Shown one piece after another: positions 37,188 through 49,490 of a stretch of 64,000 nt of DNA. Numbering within the stretch: position 1 is the stretch's first letter; every line of letters begins with the position of its first letter. The notes below the pieces were generated by a model, which saw only the letters and a list, made by a program, of their open reading frames with translations, was not told where the DNA came from and searched no databases. Both the position numbers and the translations under genes were made by a program. The stretch is from Octopus bimaculoides (Eukaryota): positions 30,217,133-30,281,132 of the forward strand of contig NC_069005.1 of the NCBI RefSeq assembly GCF_001194135.2. Direction: 5' to 3'.

Positions 37188-37890
37188 TGTGTGTGTATCA
37201 TCATCGTCATCATCATCATCAGCTTCCAGTAACCGGGACCTTGTCTATGGAGGTGACCTGAAAATCTCGCGTTCGTAACACGTAACGGCTTCTCACACAT
37301 ACCTGTTCAGTGGTAGCACGACATCTTAACAGCAAGAATAACTTGCATCACCAGCAAAATCTAGGTCTGTAATTTTAGTTTCAGCCTTGAGTGCACAGCA
37401 ATTCAATAGAGCCGCCACTCAACCAAATGTCCACTCCACATAGGAATTGAACAGAGTGCGATATACCGTGCTTGAGAAGCCCTGTCAAGCCAAGTGATAT
37501 CATAGTCATGGCCAATGCTGGAAGGCTTGTCAGATCACAAAGGATATGATCTCTCTCCTGTATGAATGCGTTTGTGTTTTGTTAAGTCATTACTGAAGCT
37601 ATAGTGCATAGGTTCTCAAAGTGGGTGCTACTGCCCCCCCCCCCTGGTGGGCATTGAGAGGGTTCAGGTGGTGGTCCCAAAAGTTTGAGAACTTCTGCTA
37701 CAGTGGAAGACACTTGCCCAAGGTGCCATGTAGTGGGACTGAACTCAGTACCATACGGTACAGAAGCAAACTTCTTACCACACAGCCACACCTGGGCACG
37801 TATCTGAATGGAAGTGAGAGAGTTTGTATTTGTAATGTTTAATGTATGTCCTATAATAATTGCTGTTGTTGTTGTTGTTATCTCTTACAG

Positions 37891-37993
37891 AGACAGTGTG
37901 AACCACATCTCTAAGTTATTCCTTGAACATGGCACTGACGTTTGGTGGAAGATGTCTACAGAGGAACTGTTACCTGAGTCTGTTCTACAGAAG
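37891..37993 (+). CDS. IARS2: IARS2 exon 13
   Basis: cag|DSVNHISKLFLEHGTDVWWKMSTEELLPESVLQK|gtagtg. Confidence 0.94.
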
Positions 37994-38111
37994 GTAGTGT
38001 TATAGTTGTATTGGTCTGTTGTGGTATATTGTATGTGTTTTTCTCTCTTTTTTGTTTTCTATCTGTTGTCTCTGAAGTCTTTATCGTCATTTATTTCCTC
38101 TTGTCTTCCAG

Positions 38112-38205
38112 AGTGGTATAAAGAATTCTTCTGGTTTTGTGAAAGGGGAAGATATTTTGGACATATGGTTCGATAGTGGTGTCTCTTGGGCCTGCATCTT
38201 ACAAG
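38112..38205 (+). CDS. IARS2: IARS2 exon 14
   Basis: cag|SGIKNSSGFVKGEDILDIWFDSGVSWACILQ g|gtaaca. Confidence 0.96.
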
Positions 38206-39454
38206 GTAACATTTGTTGTAATTGTTGTTGCTGGTGGTGGTGGTGGTGGTGGTGGTGGTGGCAGTGATGGTTGGCTTCCAGGGTCTGACATCAGCGGGCA
38301 GATCCAAGATCAAAGTTATATCATCCATGACCATCCTGTCTTTTAGTTTCTGAAGAAGCCAGCATTGTCCAATGTCTTTTATTCAACTTTCGGATNNNNN
38401 NNNNNNNNNNNNNNNNNNNNNNNNNNNNNNNNNNNNNNNNNNNNNNNNNNNNNNNNNNNNNNNNNNNNNNNNNNNNNNNNNNNNNNNNNNNNNNNNNNNN
38501 NNNNNNNNNNNNNNNNNNNNNNNNNNNNNNNNNNNNNNNNNNNNNNNNNNNNNNNNNNNNNNNNNNNNNNNNNNNNNNNNNNNNNNNNNNNNNNNNNNNN
38601 NNNNNNNNNNNNNNNNNNNNNNNNNNNNNNCCTCCTCGTCCTCCTCCTCCTCGTCCTCCTCCTCCTCGTCCTCCTCCTCCTCGTCCTCCTCCTCCTGGTG
38701 GGTGAAGTAAACTTACCTATATGGGGAATACCTTTAAGAAATCTGTATAGGATTGTCAACCTTTGAATTAGAATGTGTAAGTCAACCAAATGCACAACCC
38801 TTTTATATCAAAGGACCCTAAGACACTTATTCAGCAGAAACATGAATTGAAATGTAAGAAGATGTCAATAAATCAAGTACCAGTTGAGTGCTGAGGTCAA
38901 TGTGATCGACTGTCCCCCTCTCCACAAAATCCAGGCCTTGTGCCTATAGTAGAAAGAATTGTAAGCTTGTTGGACAAAATGTTTTGTGAAATTTCTTGAC
39001 TCTTTATGTTCCTAGTTCCAAGACCCCAAGGTCAACTTTCAAAGCAGCGACCTGGCAGAATCGTTAGCATGTTGGACAGAATGCTAAGTGACATTTTGTC
39101 CTTCTTTACAAAGTTCAAATTCTACCAAGGTTGCCTTTCACCCTTTTGGGATCAATGAAATATTTATCAGTTGACCACAGCGATCAATATAACTGATTAG
39201 CCCCACTATCACCCTGCAAAAGTTTCAGGCATTGTGCCTATAGTAGAAAGGGTATTTAGCTAAATCCCATAATCTTCTTTCTGTACAAGTTCTCTGTGAG
39301 TTGACTTGGCCCTTCATTGCCCTTTCAGAGTCATTTAGATAAGTACCTGCTTTATATTAATGTTTGTTCATTCGACTTCTAGTTTATAACCTGTGACCTT
39401 GTCTTCCATGTTTAACTTCCATATTTGTTTTACATTTGGCCTCTCTATCTACAG

Positions 39455-39563
39455 ATTCTAATGAAGAAGCTGATGTCTATTTGGAGGGACTTGACCAGTT
39501 TGGGGGCTGGTTTTTGTCCTCTCTTCTCACCAGTGTGGCCCTCAATGAAAAACCTCCTTTCAA
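39455..39563 (+). CDS. IARS2: IARS2 exon 15
   Basis: cag|[36 protein letters not shown] aa|gtgagt. Confidence 0.96.
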
Positions 39564-39611
39564 GTGAGTTATCCCGTATTTGAAATTATTTTTTTTTATT
39601 ATTATCTTGAT

Positions 39612-39692
<81 letters not shown>

Positions 39693-40092
39693 ACACACAC
39701 ACACACAAACACACACAAACACACACGTGTGCATATGCACACAATTTTCAGCTACGAAATTCGTTGACAAGGCATTGATTAGCTGTAGAGTATAGTAGAA
39801 GACACTTGCCCAAGGTGCTGTGCATTGTGATTGAACCTGAAACTACATAATTGCAAAACAAGCTTTAAACCACACAGCCATGACTGCACTTGAACAAATA
39901 TTCTTTCAACACATTTTATAGAACATTAGCTATGGGCACTTTTATGTAGCTCTTCCATTGTATGTGCATTCACTTACAGGCCCCTGTTAAACGTCAGGTG
40001 TATATAGCTGCAGGTGTAGGTGTATATAGCGGTACACAATCAACTGCATCACTGCACTACCATCTGTGCTGTTATTGTTGTTGTCTTTACAG

Positions 40093-40195
40093 GTCTCTTG
40101 TGGTTCATGGGTTCACAGTTGATGCGGAGGGCAAGAAAATGTCCAAATCTGTCGGAAATGTCATAGATCCAATGGATATTGTGGATGGATCCAAG
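40093..40195 (+). CDS. IARS2: IARS2 exon 16 (KMSKS motif)
   Basis: cag|(K)[34 protein letters not shown]|gtatgt. Confidence 0.98.
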
Positions 40196-40453
40196 GTATG
40201 TACATTTGGCTTACATGTGATGTTATACGTCCTCACTAATCCTTATTTCATCAGACCCTACTTCTTATAAACATTTGTCCATCCTGTGCTGCTGTGGTTG
40301 CCAGCCTCCTACTTCTATCCAACAACAATTTACTCTTCTCCTCCCCTTCCTCCACCTCCTCATCTCCTCCTCCTCCGCTTCCGCCTCCTCCTCCTCCAAT
40401 AGATAGCCTCTCATCACTGACTTTGTATTTTTTGTGGGTTTCTTTCATTTCAG

Positions 40454-40576
40454 GCCAGTGGTATTCCATCCTATGGAGCTGATGTCCTGCGATGGTGGGT
40501 GGCCAGTTCGGGACTACAGAGTAACATTCCCATCGGAAGTTCAATCCTCAGCAGGTGTAACGAGGAAGTATTTCGG
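40454..40576 (+). CDS. IARS2: IARS2 exon 17
   Basis: cag|ASGIPSYGADVLRWWVASS...EEVFR|gtgagt. Confidence 0.97.
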
Positions 40577-40599
40577 GTGAGTGAGAATGAAAATTTCCC

Positions 40600-40632
<33 letters not shown>

Positions 40633-40979
40633 GCACTTTCTACTTTAGGCACAAGGCCTGAAATATTTTGTAGAGGGGTGCTGTCACTTACATCGACCTC
40701 AGTACTCCACTGGTACTTATTTTATTGGCCCTCAGAGGATGGCAGGTAAAGTTGACTTTGGCGAAATTTGAACTCAGAATGTAGATGGACAAAATGCCAC
40801 TAAGCATTTTGCCTGGTATTCTAATGATCCTGTCAGCTTCTCACTTGTCATATATGTATATATATGTGTGTGATATGTGTGTATGTAAGGAGTACATTTG
40901 TTGGTGTGCCTGTGTCTGTTACATACATGTAACATGAAGATGTAACATAATGTTGCTTGTTTTTTGTTTGTTGTTGCAG

Positions 40980-41111
40980 TTACGTAAGACTTGCCGGTTC
41001 CTGTTGGGTAATCTGTGGGATTTCACACCTGAGAAACACAGCGTCTCCTACAACCAGCTGCTTGCACAGGACAGCTATATGTTGCACCTGCTGCATGACT
41101 TTGCACTCAAG
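40980..41111 (+). CDS. IARS2: IARS2 exon 18
   Basis: cag|LRKTCRFLLGNLWDF...DSYMLHLLHDFALK|gtaagg. Confidence 0.97.
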
Positions 41112-41342
41112 GTAAGGATACATGTGTGTGTGTGTGCGTGTGTCTAGTTGTAAGAGGAAGAGTGTACACACACACACTTCCTCATACAACTAGACTCTTC
41201 TCCACTACACATACATATATACATACACCCACACATACATGTACACATACATACACACCGATGACTGGCGCCCATGCCAGTGGAGCGCTAACAGCTCCAT
41301 CCGATGATGATGATGACGATGAGATGTATGTGTCTATTGCAG

Positions 41343-41449
41343 GTGATCCAACTTTATGCTGACCATCGTTACAATAAGGTCACTTCTATTGTTGACCGCT
41401 TCATCAGTGCCGATGTATCCAGTTTCTACAGCTCCGTTATCAAAGACAG
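41343..41449 (+). CDS. IARS2: IARS2 exon 19
   Basis: cag|VIQLYADHRYNKV...SSFYSSVIKD ag|gtataa. Confidence 0.96.
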
Positions 41450-41473
41450 GTATAAAATCCTCTCTGTCTCTCT

Positions 41474-41526
<53 letters not shown>

Positions 41527-41819
41527 NNNNNNNNNNNNNNNNNNNNNNNNNNNNNNNNNNNNNNNNNNNNNNNNNNNNNNNNNNNNNNNNNNNNNNNNNN
41601 NNNNNNNNNNNNNNNNNNNNNNNNNNNNNNNNNNNNNNNNNNNNNNNNNNNNNNNNNNNNNNNNNNNNNNNNNNNNNNNNNNNNNNNNNNNNNNNNNNNN
41701 NNNNNNNNNNNNNNNNNNNNNNNNNNNNNNNNNNNNNNNNNNNNNNNNNNNNNNNNNNNNNNNNNNNNNNNNNNNNNNNNNNNNNNNNNNNNNNNATATA
41801 TGTATATATATATAGTGCA

Positions 41820-42008
41820 GGTGACACGTAAAAGCACCTACTACACTCTTTGAGTGGTTGGCGTTAGGAAGGGCATCCAGCTGTAGAAACTCTGCCAAAT
41901 TTAGATTGGAGCCTGGTGTTGCCATCCAGTTTCACCAGTCCTCAGTCAAATCGTCCAACCCATGCTAGCATGGAAAGCGGACGTTTAAACGATGATGATG
42001 ATGATGAT
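41820..42008 (+). mobile_element. RTE-LINE 3' end with (GAT)n tail
   Basis: Family motif. Confidence 0.8.
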
Positions 42009-42075
42009 ATAGTGTATATATATGTATATATATATAGTGTATATATATGTATACTGTATAAGCCTATCCTTGCAG

Positions 42076-42230
42076 GTGCTACTGTGACAGTAGAGACAGC
42101 CGAGAGAGAAGGTCCTGCCAGACAGTCCAGTACCATGTATTAGATGTTCTGATTAGGCTTTTGGCACCAATTCTGCCACACTTTGCTGAGGAAGTCTTCC
42201 AATATTTACCAAAACTACAACACCAACAAG
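42076..42230 (+). CDS. IARS2: IARS2 exon 20
   Basis: cag|(R)CYCDSRDSRERRSCQTVQYHVLDVLIRLLAPILPHFAEEVFQYLP...QQ g|gtaaca. Confidence 0.97.
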
Positions 42231-42378
42231 GTAACAAACATCAGTTTCCTTTCCTCCCATGTCAGTCTCTCCTTTCCCTGCATGCCTCTCTGTCTATATT
42301 GCTGTTTGCCTGTCTCCCAGCCACTGTTACTCACCTACCTACCTACCTACCTACCAATCTGCCTTCCTTCCTACCCTA

Positions 42379-42413
<35 letters not shown>

Positions 42414-42792
42414 TACACACACACACACATACACACACACACATACACACACACACATACACACACAAATGAATAGAGTTTCAGAGCTGCTTATGATGCA
42501 AACCCGTCAAACTTTTCCCTATTTTAAAAGAAGGCTTTTTTTCCATTTGAACCATAAATAGATTTATATAACCTTTTCAATTTCCATTCAGCTTCACTCA
42601 GAATCCCTGGGATGGGCAAGGTGGGAGATAAAATCACCTTCATCACCATCATCATCATCATCATCATCGTCACCAAAACCATCACCATCAGCACTACACT
42701 ATCGTCCCTCTGCTACTACAAAGGTGAAGCTGGTATAAATAAATTGCTAACCACTTCCTTTTTTTAATTTTTATTCCATTTCATGTCCCCAG

Positions 42793-42980
42793 ATTGTAAC
42801 AGTCTGTTCAAGACTACAGGCCACAACATCAACCCAGAATGGGAAGATTTAGCAGGTTACCACAGTTTTCAACCAAGTCTGCAGATCAAGGCCCGGTTCA
42901 ACGAAATGATTGGTCCAGAGACCCCTTCCTCCTTTGACGTCATCATCTGGGCTTCTGGTGACCTTTACGATAACCTTAAG
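42793..42980 (+). CDS. IARS2: IARS2 exon 21
   Basis: cag|DCNSLFKTTGHNINPEWED...DLYDNLK|gtgagt. Confidence 0.92.
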
Positions 42981-43439
42981 GTGAGTCCACACACACACAC
43001 ACACACACTATACATGTAGGTATATATCTGCATCACCAACACTCTCTATTTCTCTTTCTCTCTGTGTCTCAGTCATTCTCTCTACCTCTCCTTCCTCTCC
43101 TCTCTTTTCCTACTGGGGTAGCCAAATATGTCCTCTGTAGAACACACCTATCTCTATTCCTCTATTATAATCTAACCTTCCACACCGGCTCAAAAGCTAC
43201 TTCCTGTGGTTCCACTCCCTTTTCCAGCTGAGAGGTCTTCGTCTCACAAGTTATTTGGCGACCCCACTGGTGTTGGTGCCCTGTAAAAAGCATCAGTGCT
43301 GGTTCCACTGGCAAAAGAGACTGATAAAATAAGTACTAGGCTTGCAAAAGAAGAAGTCCTGGGGTTGATTTCTTCAATTAAAAACCTTTTAATGCAGTGC
43401 TCCAGCATGGCCGCATGGGCGTGTTTATGTGGCACTGCC

Positions 43440-43635
43440 ACGAGTGCTTTACACCATCAGAAGGATCAGTCTTAACACTTCTGCTGCGGAGCATGGGTCT
43501 TCGTTAGTATGGCAATGTGCCAGGCATCTCGGCCCTTCGTCATTTTGCCTGAAAGCTTCAGCATCTCGAGGTCGTTCTTCAGTACTTCATCCCATGTCTT
43601 CCTGGGTCTCCCTCTTCCACATGTTCCATACACCC
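43440..43635 (-). mobile_element. RTE-LINE ORF C-terminal fragment
   Basis: GTCGRGRPRKTWDEVLKNDLEMLKLSGKMTKGRDAWHIAILTKT, the typical RTE reverse transcriptase C-terminus (GRPRKTW). Confidence 0.85.
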
Positions 43636-43691
43636 CCCCCACACACACACACATGCACATATACATATCCACACGTTCTGTTTGTTTCCAG

Positions 43692-43836
43692 GTGTTACAG
43701 CCCACCAATGTATCGACTAATTCTACCCTTGTGGAGGTCTTGCAAGCGTCACAAGTTTCCCTTAGCAACCAGAGACTGGATTCTGCCATGGACGACGTTG
43801 AATTGGTAACTGCCTCTTGCTCGTTATATAAACCAG
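43692..43836 (+). CDS. IARS2: IARS2 exon 22
   Basis: cag|VLQPTNVSTNSTLVEVLQASQVSL...LYKP g|gtgaga. Confidence 0.92.
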
Positions 43837-44227
43837 GTGAGATCTTCCTTTTAATCCCCACTCAACTCAAACACACACTCATCATCATCATCATCGTTTA
43901 ACGTCCGCTCAACTCCACCACCATAACCCCGCCACACTACTTACTACATTGCAGAATCTTTGACTTGGTAAGTCCAGGGTACCCTCTACTTTGAAATCCA
44001 CCATAGGAACTCCCTATAGGAAAGTGGAGTGGAGTGGCTGTGTAGTAAGACATTTATTTCCCAACCACATGGTTCCAGGTTCAGTCCCAGTGTGTAACAC
44101 CTTGGGTTGGTGTCTTCTACAACAGGACGTTTTTGTTTTTATTCTCATTTATTTATTTTTAAATGTTTTTTTTTGTTTTCTTTTTAACTCTCTCTCCCTT
44201 TTTTTTTGTTTGTTTATTTCTCTCCAG

Positions 44228-44379
44228 ACACGGATGCAACCGAGAAGCATGACTATGTGATGGGAGTGTTGCCTTGCCAACTCTACATGTGCACCAGATG
44301 TCGCAGATCTGTGGCTAAATCGTCGGCCCTAAAGTTCTGTTCTCGATGTGCAGATGTCATAGCTGAAGACTACCAATGA
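44228..44379 (+). CDS. IARS2: IARS2 exon 23 (C-terminal Zn finger, stop)
   Basis: cag|DTDATEKHDYVMGVLPCQLYMCTRCRRSVAKSSALKFCSRCADVIAEDYQ* (TGA at 44377-44379). Confidence 0.95.
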
Positions 44380-44669
44380 GTGTAGCTCTCTGAACTCACA
44401 CTCACAATTCTCTCGAGCTCTTTCTGTCTCTCTCTCTCACTGAAGTGATCTCAAAGGAGAGTGAGATCACTCGATCCATGAGTGAAGCTGCTTGTCTGTC
44501 TGTCTGTCTCTCTCTCTCAAGGAAAAAATGCAGACTTCCTATCAGCGAGTGTAGCTTTTTCTTTTCTTTCCTTCAAAACTGAAACCTTCATTAAGTGCAA
44601 CAGTCTCTATTAAGAGCTCCCCTTCCTCAAGGAATACTGCGAGAGACAACTGTATCAAAATATCCCTCA

Positions 44670-45195
44670 ATCTACTGTCTGTCTGTTTGTCTATCTTTCT
44701 TTTTCCCTTTCTTTCTTTCTCCTTTTGTTTGTTTGTTTCTTTCTATCTGTCTGTCGCTCTCTCTCTTTTTCTTTCTTTCTCTCCTCATTTCTCCTTTTCT
44801 TCTTTTCTCCTTTTGTTTCTTTCTGTCTGTCTATCTATCTTTCTTTTTCCCTTTCTTTCTCTCTTTCTCCTTGTGTTTGTGTGTTTGTTTCTTTGTTTCT
44901 GTCTGCTGTATCTCTCTCTCTATCTTTCTTTTTTCCTTTCTCCTTTTGTTTGTTTCTTTGTTTGTTTGTTTCTTTCTGTTGCTCTCTTTCCCTCCTTATT
45001 TCTCCTTTTCTTTCTTTCTTCTTTTGTTTGTTTGTTTGTTTGTTTCTTTCTTTCTGTCTGTCTCTCTGTTACACACACACACTCTCTCTCTCTCTCTCTT
45101 TCTTTCTGTCTGTCTATTTCTCTCTCTCTCTCTCTTTCTATCTCTCCTTTTGTTTCTTCTTGTCTGTCTCTGTTTTTCTCTCTCTCTCTACTTAC
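44670..45195. repeat. Compound pyrimidine-rich microsatellite (tttc/tttg/ctct) downstream of the IARS2 stop
   Basis: Directly visible. Confidence 0.9.
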
Positions 45196-45259
45196 ATTAA
45201 AATCTGAAAGCTACCCTTTTCCGTAAGTGCAGCTCCCTCTTATAAAATTTCAGTACTAC

Positions 45260-45878
45260 ACTAATGAGTGATGCTCAGATATCAAGGAGTGCAGCTGTAA
45301 AGCTCCACTCAAATGTCAGCAGCAGACGACACATTGAGGGAAGGAGCCATCTTGTCACTCTCTCTATTCAAGGACAGAGGACTCAAACCAAACCTTCAGT
45401 GGGAGTGCAGTTGTATAGCTTCACTCAAGTGACAACTACAGACTATCTGTGAGTGCAACTGTCAATCCACACTTGAATAACAACTGTAAACTCAAAGAGT
45501 GCAGCTGTATATCTCAAATCAAATGACAACAGAGACTACTAGTGAGTGTAGCTGTTCATCTCTACTCAAATGATAACAGAAGACCCAGTGAGTGCAACTG
45601 TAAGTCTCCACTCAAGTGACAACAACAGTGTCAGTGAGTGCAGCTGTCAGTCTCCACTCAAGTGACAGCAGTAGACTGTCTGAGTGAATCTGTAAGTTTG
45701 CACTCAAGTGACAACAGTCGACTTGAGTGTAATTGTACGTCTCCACGCAAGTGACAGCAATAGACTCAGTGAGTGCAACTATCAGTCTGCACTCAAATGA
45801 GAACAGCAGACCGTCAGTGAGTGGAACTTTCAGTCTCCACTCAAGTGACAACAACAGACCCAGTGAGTGCAACTATAT
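45260..45878. repeat. ~46-bp minisatellite (gtgagtgcaactgtaagtctccactcaagtgacaacaacagtgtca), about 10 units
   Basis: The tandem units are directly visible and cleanest at 45540-45875. Confidence 0.92.
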
Positions 45879-46529
45879 CTAATGAAGACATTATTGTGAA
45901 ACCATTAAGAAAATAATTGTTTAAATTTGTAAAAGTCATCTTTTGATGATTTTAAAATCTGTGATTCAAAGGAAATTGAATTGTTTTTTGTGTTTGTTTG
46001 TTTTTGATATTAAATTGTTTTGATTACATGGTGGTCCTGTCATAAATGGGAGAAGGGGGCCCTGCAACTCCTGGCTGAGTAACCCACTTTGCCTTTCATC
46101 CTTTCGGGGGTTGATAAATTAAGTACCAGGTTTGTCCCCTCTATGTTTAGCCCCCTTGTGAGCAATAAAGAAATAAGAAATCTATGTTAGGTGGGTCATG
46201 CACACAGGATGGGCACTAACAGACTCTCCAGACAACTTCTTTAATTCCAAGGGGAAAAGAAACCATGGAAGACCTAGACTGAGATTCAAAGACATTGCAA
46301 GAAGGAATATGAAGTGGGAAGGAATTGACTATAATAAATGGTAAACCCAAGTTGAAGTGAATCTAACGGATTTTGTGTGTTATTTTAAATGGCTTATAAA
46401 CACCTTCCACGCTGCAATTGTTTTCGTTCCAGCACATGATCTCAGATCAGGTCACTTGCTATGCAAGTGCATCTCCGTAATATATATATATATATTGGCC
46501 CAGGCCAAGTCTGTTTAGTCATTTTTCAG

Positions 46530-46870
46530 TCTAGTTTTGTGGTATCATGGCCCATTCATGTAGGGAGTTGTTGAGTGAGATATATCCAGGTTTAGGTTGC
46601 TTATCTGGTGTCCCTTGAAGAAGTTTGTCCAGATATCGTTGGAAGGTGATGGGATCTTTTTCTTTGATTTGTTTTTGGGATAATGTTAAATAGAGCAGGG
46701 CCTGTTGAAGGAAAAGAAATCGTTTGCTGTGAATGTATGTGTTGTGAGCCTGAATTGAGTAGAGTAGCACAGAGTCCCGGCCTTGGATAAACTCTGAATC
46801 TAGGAGATTCTATACCTTTTTTGTACATGTAAACCTTCGTAACCCTTATCCTGTAATGAAACACATGTAA
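46530..46870 (-). mobile_element. CR1/L2-type LINE reverse transcriptase C-terminal fragment
   Basis: Frameshifted TISFPSTGPALFNIIPK / FQRYLDKLLQGTPDKQPKPGYISLNNSL matches the SF...GP.LFN.LP...FK..LD.FL..PD.P..PGY....NSL pattern. Confidence 0.75.
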
Positions 46871-47289
46871 CATGGAATTAAAAATACAATCCTCTTCTGT
46901 TTTGATATGTAATTACTCAAAAAATACATGTCGCTAAACTCAACTTATTGAACGAAACCAAAGTTACTTTTCACCAGTTGGTTAAAAAAAAAAAAATGAA
47001 TTCATTGGAAATTTTACGGCGACGTTTCGCAGTAAACACGCACAATTGGTGGAACTTACGAAGCCATGGGTTATATCTGGGAAGGGACATAACCCTCATA
47101 GTATATTTTCAAAGGGAAGTAACTCTATTTTCACGCAATACCTTTTCAAATTTCAACAATAAATATCTTTTACTGTTTTTTTTTTTTAACTTATTTCAGT
47201 CATTGGCCAAGCTGGGGCGCTGCCATGAAAGGGTTATTACTATTTTTTTTATTTCTCTTCTAAGGCAGATCAAATGGTGACACAAGAAT

Positions 47290-48175
47290 GAAAAGACGTG
47301 TAATCATTGTTGTCGTGTGTGAAACGTAGCAGTTTAGAAATTGCCAACTTTCTACAGATTTTTAAAAATTCAAAATATGAAAAGGAATATAATTTAAAAA
47401 AGAAAACAAAAGAAAAAAGGGAGATAGAAGAAAATGTTGCAAGATATACTGTACAGAATCTTCGGACGAAATTTGAAACCTCTCACAGGAATGTTTCAAC
47501 TGCACCAAGAAGAAAAATGTATTCTAAATGTTCGGACACGACACTTCATCCAACGGGTTCGAATCATTATCGATGGTGATCCTAGAGTGAGGAATGGACT
47601 ATCAGAACTGTGGTGCATGAGGACATTCGATACAAGATGGATTTATTAGGGAGGGGCAAATTCATGCCTACAAAGATGCAGGAGAACCATTCGATCCGTT
47701 CCAAGTGGTTCCTTAGTTAGATTAAAACTCTTGCCAACATAGCAGGCTTTGATTAGAAAAAAAACTTCGACCAAAACCAAAAGTGTAAAAGGAAAAGTGA
47801 CGGACGATTATTTGCATGGAGTATTTGAATGGCGACAGCTGAGTTGTTTCCTTCTTCGAGTCAGTCCCCTGCTTAAGGTAAGAAACACTTTCTTTCCGTC
47901 CTTCATACTAACACATTAAATTTCCAGCAACTGTATTAGTTTTATGAATGGTCAATAACGAAGGTCGTGTCATGTCCCCCTCACATCTTTCCAAATGGTC
48001 TTAGAATTAATGTTTCTGGTTATGTCAAAGCGCTGGAGACAGTTGTGAAACTCTGGGCTAGTGAAGTACGCAGTGGAAGGTCGCAGGTATTTCAGCGCGG
48101 CTCAGTACCTTCTCTCAAAGCCCTCGTAAACACTAGAATGGATGTCGGGCAATTTTTACGATTATGTACTGCCAA
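47290..48175 (+). pseudogene. Decayed Tc1/mariner transposase of the DD37D (maT) type
   Basis: Pieces SSLEIANFL / FIQRVRIIIDGDP / WTIRTVVHEDIRYK / KKNFDQNQK / PHIFPNGLRINVSGYVKALETVVKLW..GRSQVFQRGSVPSLKAL follow the maT transposase order. Multiple stops and frameshifts. Confidence 0.85.
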
Positions 48176-48348
48176 ACTAGCTAGAGTATATACAAGCACA
48201 GACATGCTGATGTACACATAGGTACGTATAGGGACGTGCACTCACATATATCTTGGCACAAATACACGCATATTTACGCAGGCATATACACAAACATACA
48301 AACACGTGCATGTATACACAAAAACTTGAATATGCAGATACATATATG

Positions 48349-48586
48349 GGTAATCTTCAAGTTTAGGGGGATAAAAAATAAAAAAATTCAAGGGAAGTAA
48401 CTGAACGTCTTACCAGTATTCTCCGTACATCTCTGTTTATAAATAAATCACACACGTGATTTGATTGACGTTAGGGTTAGGGTGTGATTTATTTATAAAC
48501 AGCTAGAAGAAAACGGATAATACTGGTAAGTCGTTCAGTTATTTCCCTTGAATATTTTTTTTATCCCCCTAAACTTGAAGATTACC
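48349..48586. mobile_element. MITE-like element, ~105-bp imperfect TIRs, TTAGGGTTAGGG in the spacer
   Basis: ggtaatcttcaagtttagggg...tttataaataaatcacac versus gtgtgatttatttataaa...cccctaaacttgaagattacc. Confidence 0.8.
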
Positions 48587-49358
48587 ACATATATGTACAC
48601 ACATGAATGAACATATACATCCACGAAGGTGGACGCAGAATCGTAGATTCTAAACATATACAAAGAAATATAAAACCATATAGACACACAAATGCAGGTA
48701 CATACATACAAATGCAGACAAACCTATGTAGGCACATACACATATAGTTGTATACACACAAACATGTAGACACATGCTGATACATGTAGGCACGCACATG
48801 CAAGTGCACACAGACATCTAATCACGTGCAGGTGCATACAGATATGTAGGCGCATACAAACACATGTGGGGATGCATACATGCAAATACATACAAACATC
48901 TAGGCTCATATATGTAAATGTACGTCAACATGTAAGGCACATACGCACATTTACATGCAAGCACATGAATGCATATGTACAACTGAACACAAACATGTGT
49001 AGGCATCCATAAATGCCAGTGTATACAAACATGTAGCCACATATACAAAATGCACATAAACATACATCAAGCGAATGTTGTAACTGACCACTTGTTCAAT
49101 AAGTTGCCACTGGACAATTGACAGAATTCAACATACCCATGCTTGGTGGAGGTAAAGAATACACACACCACCCGTTTTCAGCATAACCATAACACTAACT
49201 GCCAAAAACGGGTGGTGTGGGTGTTCTTTATTTTCGCCCCCATGCTTATGGTATTGAATGCTAGGCTGTGCCAGCATTTTGTTTGCCGCACAAAAGATTT
49301 TGCCAGCTTGCTGCTGTTATTCTGTCTCTCGTTAAATAAACGAAGGACGTAAAAGGAC

Positions 49359-49490
49359 ATGTGGCCGAGTGGTTACAGTATTTGGCTCACAGTCGTATGG
49401 TCATGGGTTCAATACCTGGCAGCAGGTTGTGTCCTCGAGCAAGACACTTTATTTCACATTGCTCCAGTCTACTCAGCTGACAACTTATGA
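49359..49490 (+). mobile_element. tRNA-derived SINE head with a CORE-like segment
   Basis: A box TGGCCGAGTGG, B box GGTTCAATACC, then gtgtcctcgagcaagacact. No tRNA acceptor stem forms. Confidence 0.65.

Larger units (their letters stand above)
24890..44379 (+). other. IARS2: Gene span: mitochondrial isoleucine--tRNA ligase, 23 coding exons, 1005 aa
   Basis: Hand-spliced; all introns GT-AG; phases consistent; total CDS 3018 nt. Class Ia motifs HVGH and KMSKS, CP1 editing motifs and the CxxC-x12-CxxC Zn finger are present. Confidence 0.96.

Noticed and set aside
37108-37890. Intronic miR-194/miR-215 cluster as in vertebrate IARS2
   Set aside because: No matching mature sequences or suitable hairpins were seen; the intron holds SINE and RTE fragments.
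45260-45878. CRISPR-like appearance of the 46-bp array
   Set aside because: The units are contiguous and diverge throughout, with no unique spacers; eukaryotic context, no cas genes.
49359-49430. Possible tRNA gene
   Set aside because: A and B boxes are present, but no acceptor stem forms and it continues into a SINE core.
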